Below are positions 21,979 to 33,009 of a DNA stretch of 64,000 nt, piece by piece. Position numbers and translations under genes: made by a program. The notes under the pieces were generated by a model that ran no database searches, was not told where the DNA came from, and was given only the letters and a program-made list of their open reading frames with translations. Position 1 is the first letter of the stretch, and each line of letters begins with the position of its first letter. The DNA is from an uncultured Phycisphaerales bacterium (lineage in GTDB: Bacteria; Planctomycetota; Phycisphaerae; Tepidisphaerales; Tepidisphaeraceae), in NCBI GenBank assembly GCA_963758525.1, contig CAVWVQ010000003.1:3872001-3936000 (forward strand). The letters are read 5' to 3'.

Positions 21979-24900
21979 TCAGTCCTGCCGACGACGACGG
22001 CGGGCCGTCAGCATCGGCACTACTCCTGCCAGAACCAGCATCATTGTGCCCGGCTCGGGCGTGGCGTTATAGCCGATCTCCAGCGATTGGCTGCCACCCG
22101 GGCTTCCGATGGCTTCCAGGTAGAACGACGAGCCCGACGCCGTCGGATTACTCGCGACGAACGAACTCGTGTCGAGCGTGAACAGGCTGGCAGTGCCGGT
22201 CGGGCTGCCGGAGCTGGTCGTTACGGCCAATGGAGTATTGGGGGTCAGCGAGCCGGTGGCGATGTTGGCGATGACCCAAGTATAGTTGCTGGTGCTGACA
22301 AAGTTCGCGGCTGCTGTCCCAGAGCTGGTGAGCGTGATGGCAAACGTACTTCCCGTGCTGAGGGCACCGGAGTTCAGCGTTCCCATCGAAATGTCATCCC
22401 ACCCGCTGGCATTGCCCGAGGCGCCTGTGGCGTTATTGAGCTTGACGGCATAGGTGCCGCCCGCCGCAAACTGCTCGTCGCCGGTCGTAAGCTTCCCGGT
22501 GACGTTGGTTCCGCCTGTTCCCAGGGAGGTGCTGGTGCCGGCGGAAATCGTGCTGCCGGCGCCGATCAGAACTCCTCCTGCGGTCAAGCCCGTCACCGTG
22601 CCTGTGCCGCCAAGGGCCTGGCCCGCGGGCAAGGGCGATCTGCCCGCTGGTGAGGCTAGTCACGTCGAGCGTAGCACCAGTGCCAACGCTGATCGCCTTT
22701 GACGTTGAGATATTGTTCGTCGAGGCCACAACTGGTTGCAACTTCAGTGTGCCGGCGGCAATCGTGGTCGCAGCGGTATAACTGTTTGCTCCGCTGAGCG
22801 TGACAGTTCCGTTGCCTGCCATGCTGGCATTGGCGTTCGTCCCACCGGTACCGGCGAGCGTGCCTTGGCCTACCGTCAAGTTCCCCGCGCCGCTGATGAC
22901 CCCCGGGACGGTAAGCGTGTTTGTCGCGGTCGCCGCCAGGCCTCCGCCAGGCCCGATCAGGGAAATTGGACGGTTGTTGACGCCCGTTCCATTGTCCAGG
23001 GAGAACGTCCCATTGCCGACAAGGTTGCCGCCCTGCAGGTTCAGGATCGCCGCACTGCCTGGAGCGCCAATGCTGCTGTTGGCGGCGATCATCAGATTGC
23101 CGCCGTCGAGGTACGTCGGGCCTGAGTAGATGCTGGCGGTGGCGGGACTGAACACCACGGTGCCCACGCCGCCGACCGTCACGCCGTTGGTGCTGCTGGT
23201 CTTATTGACGATCTGCACGTTGACGTTCAAGAAGCCCGCCGGATTGTCCTGGATGAACACCAGATCTTTATTCGTCACGCCGGACCGAATGCTGCTGGCT
23301 GCGTTACCGGCGCCAATTGTCGCATTGAACGCGCCGACGTTGCTGGACACGAGAACTGCACTGTTGCCTAACGTCAGCAGCCGTGAGGTGCCTCCGGTGC
23401 CGAGTGTTAACGTTCGGGCGGCTGTGCTGTCGTTGAATCGAACGGAACTTTCACTCTGCGTGGCCGTGTTGCTCACGCTGAAGCTGGCGTCCATGTCAAG
23501 ATTGAGATTGGTGCCGCCGGCATTGGTAGAGGCGGGCGAGTAGAAGCCGGACGTCGCCCCAACAATATTGACGTTTGAGCCATCCTTCAACGCCCAGGTC
23601 GTGCCGCCAACCGTCGCGTAGTAAACACCACTGTCATTCAGCGCCGTACTTGCGGTCCCGGACGTTGTGCCGACGCTTCCGCTCGTCGGCAGCGCAAAAT
23701 TCACCAGTGCCCCGGTGCTTCTCGTGATCGCGCCCAACGTCAGGTTTTCAGCGGCGCCTGGGCTGGTAACGGTAACGGCTGGCCCTCCCGCGGTAATGGC
23801 AGTGCTGAAAAAGGTCTGGGAATTCCCTCCAGAGTTTCCTGCAATCGTCAGATTTCCACCGCCGAGCGTCAGGGCGGAGCTGCTGCTAATGATGCTCGTG
23901 GGATTTGAAACCGAGAAGTCCAGTTTCAGCGTGCCGTTATTCACGGTTGTCGCGCCGGTATATCCGTTTGAAGCCGTAAGTGTCCACGTACTTGAGCCGC
24001 CCTTCGTCAGTGCCGTTGCGCCGCTGCCGCTGTCCACGATAGCGCCGTCCACCTCACCCGTTCCGGCAGCAGACCCTTGGAGAGTGAGCGTCTTGGCCCC
24101 GGCGGTGCCCGCTGTCAGGGCGCTGCTGAACTTGAGCGCTCCCGTGCCGGAATCGTCGATGACTGCGCCACCGGTGGTGCCCGCAGAGATTGATCACTTT
24201 ATTGCTGGTTTCACCGATACCTGTGTAGAGCAACGTTCCGGCCGCGGTGGTCGCCCCCAGATTGATGGTGCCGTTGGTTCCCAGATTGCTGTTCGAAGCG
24301 GAGTTGCCGATGCCGGCGACGCTGACGGAGCTTCCGGACACGCTGACAGCGCCTGTGAAGCTGTTGGCGCCCGTAAGCGTCAGCACCCCGCCCGTGCCGG
24401 TGCCCGAGTTGATCGTAAGGCCTCCGCTGCCGGAGATGGCGCCGCTAATGACTCCGCTGCGCACATCGGCGTAATTGTACCAGTCACGCAGGCCGATGAT
24501 CGCGTTGGTGTTGAGTGTGATGGGTCCCGAAAAATTGCCTCCGTTGCCGTTCTCGAAGCTTAGCACGCTGTTTGTGCCGCCCGACACGGTGATGGCATTC
24601 GGAAGAGCCACGCCAGCGGATCCCTGCACGGCCAGCTCGCCCTGGTTGGCGATGGTAATCGTGCCACCAGCACCGACTGCACCAGCGACCCCATACTCGA
24701 AGATGCCGCCGCTCTGAAGCGTTATGTTGCCGCTAAAGGTGTTCGTCTGCGCCACGCGAAAGTTGCCGGTATTCGCAGTCAGCGTGCCGGTGCCCGTAAG
24801 CGTGAGTGTTCCGCTGCCCAGCAGAGTATTGGAAGTATTAAAGAAATATTGGCCCGTGGTGGTCACGTCAATGGTGCCTCCCGAGGCGCCGATGGTGACC

Positions 24901-25910
24901 GCATGGCTGTCGGTTACAAACGCCGTGGTCTTGAGCGTGCCGCCGTTGAGGGAGACTGCGGCGCTGCTCGCCCCGAGATTGTTGTCCGCAGCGATGGACA
25001 CGGTCCCAAAGAGAATATTTGTGGTTCCCGTGTAACTGTTGGCCCCTGCAAGTACCAACGTTGAAGCGTCCGTAGTGCTGTTGAGCGTGACGGAGCTGAC
25101 GCTGGCGCCCAAATTGCCATTGAGGGTGACCCTTCCGAGGTCGTAGATGTCGCTGATCGCGATGTTTGCGCCCGAAGTCCCAATATCACTGTTGAGCGTT
25201 ACGCCATTCCCCGCCGACTCGATCCCTCTAAACGTCAAATTATGGGCGGCACTCGCATTGCCGGTGCTTCCGGCATTGTTGAGCGTTGTCGATCCCAACG
25301 TTCCAATTGCCAGATTTGACGTGCCGGCGGTGCTGTAGGCGGCGCCAATATCCAGGTCGGTGTTGAACATGGATATGTTCGCGTTCAGCACTGATGTGTT
25401 AATGCTCGCGGACATGCGTATGGCAGCGACGCCTGCATCTCCAAACACATTCGTCCCCAGTCCCGTGCCATCCAAGGTCAGCGTGTGGTAGTTGGACCCG
25501 TCGTACAGGACGTTCCAGTGGGCGCCGCCGGTGGTGACGGCGCCATTGATGACCTCGCCCGCCGTCGCGTCGACATTCAAGGTGACTGCGTCATTCCCGG
25601 CGTTCGCCTGCGTGATGGTGACGATCGCACCGGCTGCGTTCGGGTATGTGGCGCTCTTCCAATCCGTTGAAAGGCTCGTGCTGCTCCAGGAGCCGGTTGT
25701 ATCACCGGTGGTCCAGTTGAAAGTGGCAGCGTGCGCCGAATGGCAGGCCTGAAGAAGCGCGCCCGTGGCCGCCGCAGTGCGGACGAGAGTCTTCCGCCGC
25801 CGGCTCGATCGAGGCGGATTGAGCTTCGGCTGCCGCTTCATGGAAGTCAGTTCAGCGCCTGCGAGTTCGACCTGGTTGGTTCCGATCTGTCGCCTGGAAT
25901 CGCTTGCCAT
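21979..25910 (-). CDS. Large secreted autotransporter-associated beta-strand repeat protein with PEP-CTERM sorting signal (two frameshifts); start uncertain
   Basis: G/T/S-rich with repeated LxLxGANSYTGxT motifs across ORFs 24054..25997, 22433..24052 and 21979..22632; ends TPEPGTMMLVLAGVVPMLTARRRRRQD. Confidence 0.85.
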
Positions 25911-26613
25911 GCTTTCGCCTCCGAATGAAGTGCTGCTCGCCGGTCTCCCTCGAAAGCTAAATTGCCACCAGAGCGACGGATTGGACAGGAAATTCATTCC
26001 GCTGCGTTTTTCGCTGTTTGAAGCGGTTGCTCGATGGAGCCGACGAGCTCGAGCGGCCCGTGTTCTGCCACGATGACAGTCGTCAGCTTGCGGTGAACGG
26101 TGACCCTCTACTGAATTTCGGCGACTATTCGTCTGCCGTCCAAATATCCGGTCTGCGGGCGATAGGAGGGTATGTCTTGCCCGTCACCTTTATGTCTTCA
26201 CCGACACACTGGCGACAGCTTTTGCGGAGGATCATGACAGCGGAGTACCGCACTTCGCCGACGCCAAGTGTCGACGCCGAGTATCCGGCGCTCGCCGCCC
26301 GAATCCATCAACGCTTGATCGCGATTCCGAACCTACACGGACAGTTGATTAAGATCACAAAATCCTCCGTGTGATCGTCTTTTGGCTCTCACCGGCGCCC
26401 ATCAGCATAGCAAGGTTGTCACATCTTGTTGTTTTAACAAGCACCTTCCTTCCTCCCTTCGTGCCTTGCGTTGGGTGCAGCCCTCACGGCATTTATCCGC
26501 GGTTCCACCTCTCCCTTCGCTACGTTACACTCCGGGGATTCGTCATCACTTCTTCACCATGCTGTCGGCGACGCCGCTGCTGGTGTGACTGCTTTATCAA
26601 ACAGAAGAAAGGG

Positions 26614-26795
26614 AACCGCAGATGAACGCAAATGAACGCAGATTGAATGAAATCACTGAGAAGATCATGGACGTTAAACGCATTGTACGGAGTCTCTGAT
26701 CAATCTGCGTTCATCGGCGTTTATCAGCGGTTCAATCTCTTTCCCTGCGTTCCGCGGTCAGATTCTTTTCTTTGGGTTGCGGGCGCAGCCAGCGC
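26614..26795 (+). pseudogene. Internally deleted GxxExxY-type gene (26622..26699) inside inverted short-repeat arms
   Basis: MNANERRLNEITEKIM-DVKRIVRSL* flanked by AACCGCAGATGAACGCAAATGAACGCAGAT and ATCTGCGTTCATCGGCGTTTATCAGCGGTT. Confidence 0.6.
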
Positions 26796-26908
26796 CGTCA
26801 AATCCGCGGTTGAGAGAACCCTCGTACTGTGCGCGGGCAATCGCGACGCAGCCTGGGTAAAATGCACCTTGCCTCGAACCGCTCACGTCCGACTGGAGTG
26901 CACAACAA

Positions 26909-28068
26909 ATGAAAACCAAGCAGGTTGCGCTGCTGATTGAGACATCCAACGCATATGCCGCGGATTGCTCGCGGGGATCACCGCGTATATTCACGAGCAC
27001 GACGCCTGGTCGATCTTTCTCCCCGAGAGCGGCAGGGGGGATGCTGAGCTGGCCCGGTTGTCGGGATGGAGCGGCGACGGGATCATCGCCCGCATTGAAA
27101 ACCGCAGGATCGCGCGGGCCGTGAGCAAAGCGGGCGCGCCGGTCGTGGATCTGAGCGCGGCTCAACTCTGCAAGGGCGCCGCATGGGTCGAGACAGACGA
27201 TCAGGCGATTGCCCAATTGGCGTTCTCCCATTTGCTCGAGCGAGGGTTCCGGCAGTTGGCCTTCTGCGGGCTCGCCCAATACAACTGGTCCACGCGCCGC
27301 CGCGACCATTTTTCCCGGCTCGCGGCCGAAGCGGGGATTCGTTGCTCCATCTTCATGGCCGCCGGATCGCTCGCGAATGCGGCCGACTGGGCTGGCGATC
27401 AACGTGATCTGGTTCGCTGGGTGCGGGCGCTTCCCAAGCCCGTTGGAATCATGGCCTGTTTCGACCTGAGAGGCCGCCAGCTTCTCGACGCCTGCCGGAC
27501 CGCGGACGTGCGGGTGCCCGATGACGTGGCGGTGGTGGGGGTGGACAACGATCCGATCCTTTGCGAACTGGCGGACCCGCCGCTGTCGAGCGTCGAGCCG
27601 GACACGCACCGCACCGGGTACACCGCCGCCGGGCTGCTGGCGCGCATGATGAACGGTGAAAAAGTGAAGGGCGGAGAGTATCCGGTGGCGCCATTGGGGA
27701 TCGCCGTGCGCCGCTCGACCGATGCGCTGGCGATCGACGATCCGGACGTTTCGGCGGCCGTGCGGTTCATCCGTCAGCATGCCTGTGAAGGAATCAGCGT
27801 GAAGCAATTGCTCGACGAAGTGCCAACCTCGCGTCGCAATCTCGAACGACGCTTTCGCACTCTGCTGGGACACAGCCCTCACGAGGAGATCGTCCGTTGC
27901 CGCGTCGAGCGGGCCCAACAGTTGCTTCAGACCACCGATCTTCCGCTCAAGACCATCGCCAAGCGCATCGGCGTCGCACACGCCGAATACGTGAACGTCA
28001 TCTTCCGCAAACTGACCGGCCAGTCGCCCGGCGCCTACCGGCGGAAATTCCGAAAGCATTCGTCATAG
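26909..28068 (+). CDS. XylR-type regulator (periplasmic-binding-fold + AraC HTH), frameshift near 26960
   Basis: MKTKQVALLIETSNAY...DGIIARIE...VPDDVAVVGVDND...SRRNLERRFR..LGHSPHEEI. Confidence 0.9.
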
Positions 28069-28128
28069 CGCGTTTGGTCCCACCCCGGCGACGGTTTCTC
28101 AATGTCAGCACGACCAACTACACGAAAA

Positions 28129-29450
28129 CAACCACAGAGAATTCAGAGACCCCGGCGCTGCCTCGCTTCGCTCGGCCGCAACCAAAACGAAGAGCCGCGA
28201 AGACGCGAAGAGAGACGCGAAGGTAAGAAAATCAAAAATGCGGGATCGAAGCCCAAGGAAGTGCGCCTTCGGGTTTCAGGTGCAATTGAATTGTCTTCCT
28301 TCGCGTTTGTCTTCGCGGCTTCGCGTCTTCGCGGCTCTTGACCGCGGTTAAATTATCTTCTTTGGGTTGCGGGCGCAGCCAGCGCTGTGTTCTCCGTGGT
28401 TGTCTTTGGCGCCGCGGCAGGAAGACGACTCGGCCCCTACGCTGGATAACTCGCCCACACCGTGATGCAACCACAGAGAATGCAGAGACCCCAGCGCTGC
28501 CTCGCTTCGCTCGGCCGCAACCAAAACGAAGAGCCGCGAAGCCGCGAAGACGCGAAGAGAGACGCGAAGGTAAGAAAATCAAAAATGCGGGATCGAAGCC
28601 CAAGGAAGTGCGCCTTCGGGTTTCAGGTGCAATTGAATTGTCTTCCTTCGCGTTTGTCTTCGCGTCTTCGCGTCTTCGCGGCTCTTGACCGCGGTTAAAT
28701 TTTCTTCTTTGGGTTGCGGGCGCAGCCAGCGCTGTGTTCTCCCGTGGTTATCTTTGGCGCCGCGGCAGGAAGACGACTCGGCCCCTACGCTGGATAATCG
28801 CCCACACCGTGATGCAACCACAGAGAATTCAGAGACCCCGGCGCTGCCTCGCTTCGCTCGGCCGCAACCAAAACGAAGAGCCGCGAAGACGCGAAGACGC
28901 GAAGAGAGACGCGAAGGTAAGAAAATCAAAAATGCGGGATCAAAGCCCAAGGAATTGCGCCTTGGGGTTTCAGGTGCAATTGAATTGTCTTCCTTCGCGT
29001 TTGTCTTCGCGTCTTCGCGTCTTCGCGGCTCTTGACCGCGGTTAAATTTTCTTCTTTGGGTTGCGGGCGCAGCCAGCGCTGTGTTCTCCGTGGTTGTCTT
29101 TGGCGCCGCGGCAGGAAGACGACTCGGCCCCTACGCTGGATAACTCGCCCACACCGTGATGCAACCACAGAGAATGCAGAGACCCCAGCGCTGCCTCGCT
29201 TCGCTCGGCCGCAACCAAAACGAAGAGCCGCGAAGACGCGAAGACGCGAAGAGAGACGCGAAGGTAAGAAAATCAAAAATGCGGGATCGAAGCCCAAGGA
29301 AGTGCGCCTTCGGGTTTCAGGTGCAATTGAATTGTCTTCCTTCGCGTTTGTCTTCGCGGCTTCGCGTCTTCGCGGCTCTTGATCTTTTGGCTGATCGCCT
29401 GCCCGGGAAAATTTGCGCAGCGGGCGAAGATCTCAATGGGTTGTGGCACA
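28129..29450. repeat. Tandem array of four ~347 bp units built from nested inverted repeats
   Basis: Units start at 28129, 28468, 28815 and 29162 (CAACCACAGAGAA), giving periods of 339/347/347. The last unit has a different tail. Confidence 0.95.
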
Positions 29451-29651
29451 GAGCACACGGTGAATATCCAGTAAAAACGAGAAGATTGACGCAATTGAGC
29501 CAACTGTCTCGATGTGAGTCCGAGCCACCCGCCTGATCGGCAATGACCTTTCGGTCGCACTTTTCGAACGATTGACTGACATTTTGCAACGCGCCAACAC
29601 AGAGGCTCGCCGAACATATACAATGTAACTGGCGGACCACTCAGGAGGACC

Positions 29652-31118
29652 ATGTCGAAAATCACCCGTCGATCGTTTTTGGAGCAGACGCTCTATTCCG
29701 CGGCAGCAGGACTCGCGGCAGCGCAAAGCATCGCCTCCGCACGTGGAGCCGAGCCGGCCACCGCTCCCTCCGCACGCGGCTCGGCCAATGAGCGCGTGGC
29801 CGTTGCTGTGATCGGGTTGCACGCCCGCGGCCTCGCCCATATCCAGGGCTACGCCGACGATCAGAGCGTGGATATCGTCGCCATCTGCGATGTCGACACG
29901 GATCAGTTCGCCAAGCCCCAGCAAATGCTCAAAGATCGCGGCCGCCCGCCGGCGAAGGAGTATCAGGACATCCGCAAGTTGCTCGAAGACAAGGATGTTC
30001 AAGCCGTCTCCATCGCAACGCCTCATCACTGGCACGCCCTGGCCGCGATCTGGGCGATGCAGGCGGGCAAGGACGCCTATGTCGAGAAGCCAGTCAGTCA
30101 TAATATTTCCGAAGGCCGACGCATCGAGCAGGCGCGCGCGAAATACGGCAGGGTCTGTCAGGCAGGAACGCAGACACGCTCCAACCGCGCCGCCCATGAA
30201 GCAATTCAATTCATCCAGGACGGGAAGATCGGAAAGGTTTTGCTCTCCCGCGGACTCTGCTACAAACGCCGACCGAGCATCGGGCACTTTGACGACAGTG
30301 CCGCCCCCAGTTCCCTCAATTACGACATCTGGCTCGGACCTGCCCCCGTCCGGCCATTCAACAAAAACCGCTTCCTCTACAACTGGCACTGGAACTGGGC
30401 CTACGGCAACGGTGACCTCGGCAACCAGGGCATTCACCAGATGGACATCGCCCGCTGGGCTCTGAAGGACCAGACGCTCGCAAGCTCCGTACTCTCCGTC
30501 GGCGGACGTTTCGGATACACCGACGACGGCGAAACCCCCAACACCCAGCTTGCTCTCTACGACTTTGGCGGCGGGCCCCAGATCCTGTTCGAAGTGCGCG
30601 GACTCAAAACTGATTCGCTCCAGGGAGTCATGATCGGCAACATCGTCTACGGCACCGAAGGGATGGTCGCCTTCGGCGTGAAAGACGGCGGCATCGTGCA
30701 CCTCGACAAAGACGGCAAACTCGTCAGCAAGTTCAAGGGCGGCGAGCTGAATCACTTCAGCAACTTCGCCTCCGCCGTCCGCAGCGGCAAGCAGGAAGAC
30801 CTGCACGCCCCGATTCTCGAAGGGCATTACTCCAGCGCCCTCTGCCACATGGGCAACATCTCCTACCGCCTCGGCTCGCCCGAATCGTTTGACGCTGTCA
30901 ACAAGGCCTATTCCGGTAATGAGCCGATGACCGAATCGCTGAAACGCTTCGAGCAGCATCTGGAGAAGAACGCGTTGCAACTTAAAGATCTCCACTGCCA
31001 ATCCGGCCCGGCGCTTGCGTTCGATCCCAAAGCCGAGAACTTCGGATCCAACGCCGCGGCCAATGCGCTGCTGACGAGGGAATACCGGGCACCGTATGTT
31101 GTGCCTGCGGAGTTGTGA
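29652..31118 (+). CDS. Gfo/Idh/MocA oxidoreductase with Tat signal
   Basis: TRRSFL Tat motif; IATPHHWH, YVEKP, GNQGIHQMD. Confidence 0.92.
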   Translation: MSKITRRSFLEQTLYSAAAGLAAAQSIASARGAEPATAPSARGSANERVAVAVIGLHARGLAHIQGYADDQSVDIVAICDVDTDQFAKPQQMLKDRGRPPAKEYQDIRKLLEDKDVQAVSIATPHHWHALAAIWAMQAGKDAYVEKPVSHNISEGRRIEQARAKYGRVCQAGTQTRSNRAAHEAIQFIQDGKIGKVLLSRGLCYKRRPSIGHFDDSAAPSSLNYDIWLGPAPVRPFNKNRFLYNWHWNWAYGNGDLGNQGIHQMDIARWALKDQTLASSVLSVGGRFGYTDDGETPNTQLALYDFGGGPQILFEVRGLKTDSLQGVMIGNIVYGTEGMVAFGVKDGGIVHLDKDGKLVSKFKGGELNHFSNFASAVRSGKQEDLHAPILEGHYSSALCHMGNISYRLGSPESFDAVNKAYSGNEPMTESLKRFEQHLEKNALQLKDLHCQSGPALAFDPKAENFGSNAAANALLTREYRAPYVVPAEL

Positions 31119-31285
31119 GTGACGGGATAATACGGAGGCTCTCTCAGATTCCTGGGAAGAACTCTCGCTTCCTCGCGCGATGTCTCCGTGTGTGTAGCCG
31201 CCGAGCTTGCTCGCGGTTTTCCCTGCGGGAATAGTCTGGATATCAGACGATGTTGTCCCAGTGATTTGCCTGTATAAGCGATGCC

Positions 31286-32821
31286 GTGAAGACCACGCGC
31301 ACGCAAACCGCCGGCGGCTTTCCCGATCTTTCCCGCCGAAGCTCCGGCGTGCTTCTGCATGTCACTTCGCTGCCTGGCCGATTCGGCATCGGCGATCTCG
31401 GACCCGCGGCTCACCAATGGGTCGACATGCTCAGCGCCGCGGGCCAGCGCTGGTGGCAAATGCTGCCGCTGGGGCCCACGGGGGATACCACGTCACCGTA
31501 TCAATGCCTCTCCTCCTTTGCCGGCAATCCGCTGCTGATCAGCCCCGAAGAATTGGTGAAAGACGGCTTGCTCGCGGCGTCTGATCTGCGCGGATTCTCG
31601 CTGCCGCCGGGAAAGACCGATTATGGGCGGGTCACGCGAAAGAAGTGGGCGCTGCTCGCTGTTGCGCATGATCGGTTTCAACGTCGGCGCGTCAAACGCC
31701 TCACCGAAGAGCTGCGCGAATTCGAGGAGCAGCAGTCGGGATGGCTCGCCGATTTTGCGCTGTTCATGGCGCTTCGCGAAGCGCATTCGTGTCAACCCTG
31801 GGAGCGATGGCCGCGCCCGCTCCTGCGCCGACAACCGGCGGCGCTCCGCGAGGCTCAGCGGGAGCTTGCCGGCTCAATCGATCTGCAAACGTTCGCGCAG
31901 TTCATCTTCTTCCGCCAGCTTCGATCGCTTCGGGCCCACGCACGTTCCGCCGGCATTGCGCTGATCGGCGATATGCCCATTTTTGTCGCCCCCGAATCCG
32001 CGGACGTCTGGCTGAGTCCCAGGCTCTTTGAACTTGACGCGCATCTGGAGCCTCGCGCCGTGGCGGGGGTGCCGCCCGACATGTTTTCCAAGACGGGACA
32101 GCGCTGGGGCAATCCGCTCTACAACTGGAAAGAGATGGCCAGGGACGGATACGCCTGGTGGAAAGCCCGCCTGCGGGCCGCGCTGCTCCAGGCGGACATG
32201 GTGCGCATCGATCATTTTCTGGGGCTCTCATCCTATTGGCGCGTCCCCGCCAGTTGTCCCACCGCCGAGTCCGGGAAGTGGGTGAAAGGCCCCGGCACGC
32301 AGTTGCTGCAAGCGCTGCGAGCGGAGTATCCCGCACTTCCGCTGCTGGCCGAGGATTTGGGTCTGGTGACGCCGGCGGTCGAGCAACTTCGCGATGATTT
32401 CAATTTGCCGGGAATGCGCGTCCTTCAATTTGGACTCCCCGCCGAGCCGGGCAATTCGCACGTGCCGCATAACTATATTCACCACTGCTTCGCCTACACC
32501 GGCACCCACGATAACGACACCAGCGCCGGCTGGTACCAGTCGCTCTCCAGCAAGCACAAGTTGAAAGTGCAGCAATACGCCCCCGATCCGCTTTGGAAAA
32601 CCGCGCCCGCCTCGGCAATGATCCGCATCCTCAGTGCTTCGGTTGCCGGCCACATCATCGTTCCTCTCCAGGACCTCCTGAACCTCGGCAGCGCAGCCCG
32701 AATGAACACTCCCGGCACCAGCCAGCACAACTGGCAATGGCGCTGCGAAGACTTCGCCCGCTGCAAAGAGCCAATGGCACGTCTGGCTGCAATCACGAGC
32801 CTCTATGAGAGGCACGTTTAG
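31286..32821 (+). CDS. malQ: 4-alpha-glucanotransferase (GH77)
   Basis: GVLLHVTSLP, WWQMLPL, GDMPIFV, GVPPD, RIDHF, AEDLG, YTGTHDN. Confidence 0.95.
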   Translation: MKTTRTQTAGGFPDLSRRSSGVLLHVTSLPGRFGIGDLGPAAHQWVDMLSAAGQRWWQMLPLGPTGDTTSPYQCLSSFAGNPLLISPEELVKDGLLAASDLRGFSLPPGKTDYGRVTRKKWALLAVAHDRFQRRRVKRLTEELREFEEQQSGWLADFALFMALREAHSCQPWERWPRPLLRRQPAALREAQRELAGSIDLQTFAQFIFFRQLRSLRAHARSAGIALIGDMPIFVAPESADVWLSPRLFELDAHLEPRAVAGVPPDMFSKTGQRWGNPLYNWKEMARDGYAWWKARLRAALLQADMVRIDHFLGLSSYWRVPASCPTAESGKWVKGPGTQLLQALRAEYPALPLLAEDLGLVTPAVEQLRDDFNLPGMRVLQFGLPAEPGNSHVPHNYIHHCFAYTGTHDNDTSAGWYQSLSSKHKLKVQQYAPDPLWKTAPASAMIRILSASVAGHIIVPLQDLLNLGSAARMNTPGTSQHNWQWRCEDFARCKEPMARLAAITSLYERHV

Positions 32822-32850
32822 TCCGCGTATGTGAGCCCCTGGCCTTTAAA

Positions 32851-33009
32851 CTTTTTCATTTTTCATTTTTCATTTTTCATTCTCTGCTCGGGGCGGGGAG
32901 AATGGAAAATGAAAAGTGGAAAATGAAAAACGAAAAAGTAAGGGATTCACTGTCGACACTCCCCACCTGAAACCTGAAACCTGAACCCTGAACCCTGAAC
33001 CCCGAACCC
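32851..33009. repeat. Heptamer short tandem repeats forming a hairpin between convergent genes (possible terminator)
   Basis: (TTTTTCA)n...(GAAAATG/GAAAAGTG)n, followed by (CCTGAAA/CCTGAAC)n. Confidence 0.75.

Noticed and set aside
26000..26600. Short ORFs or a riboswitch upstream of the PEP-CTERM gene
   Set aside because: No recognisable protein or RNA motif; probably promoter DNA. A GATCAC...GTGATC inverted pair near 26353-26376 is too weak to call.
28129..29450. Array read as a CRISPR- or TIGR-like guide array
   Set aside because: Units are near-identical with no variable spacers and no adjacent effector gene.
28102..29665. Repeated 103-130 aa ORFs in the tandem array
   Set aside because: They are by-products of repeat DNA on both strands, with no RBS or recognisable domain.
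29433..31001. Long antisense ORFs (also 12553..14133, 26758..28059, 50012..51079, 57693..58802)
   Set aside because: Shadow frames opposite well-supported genes in high-GC DNA.
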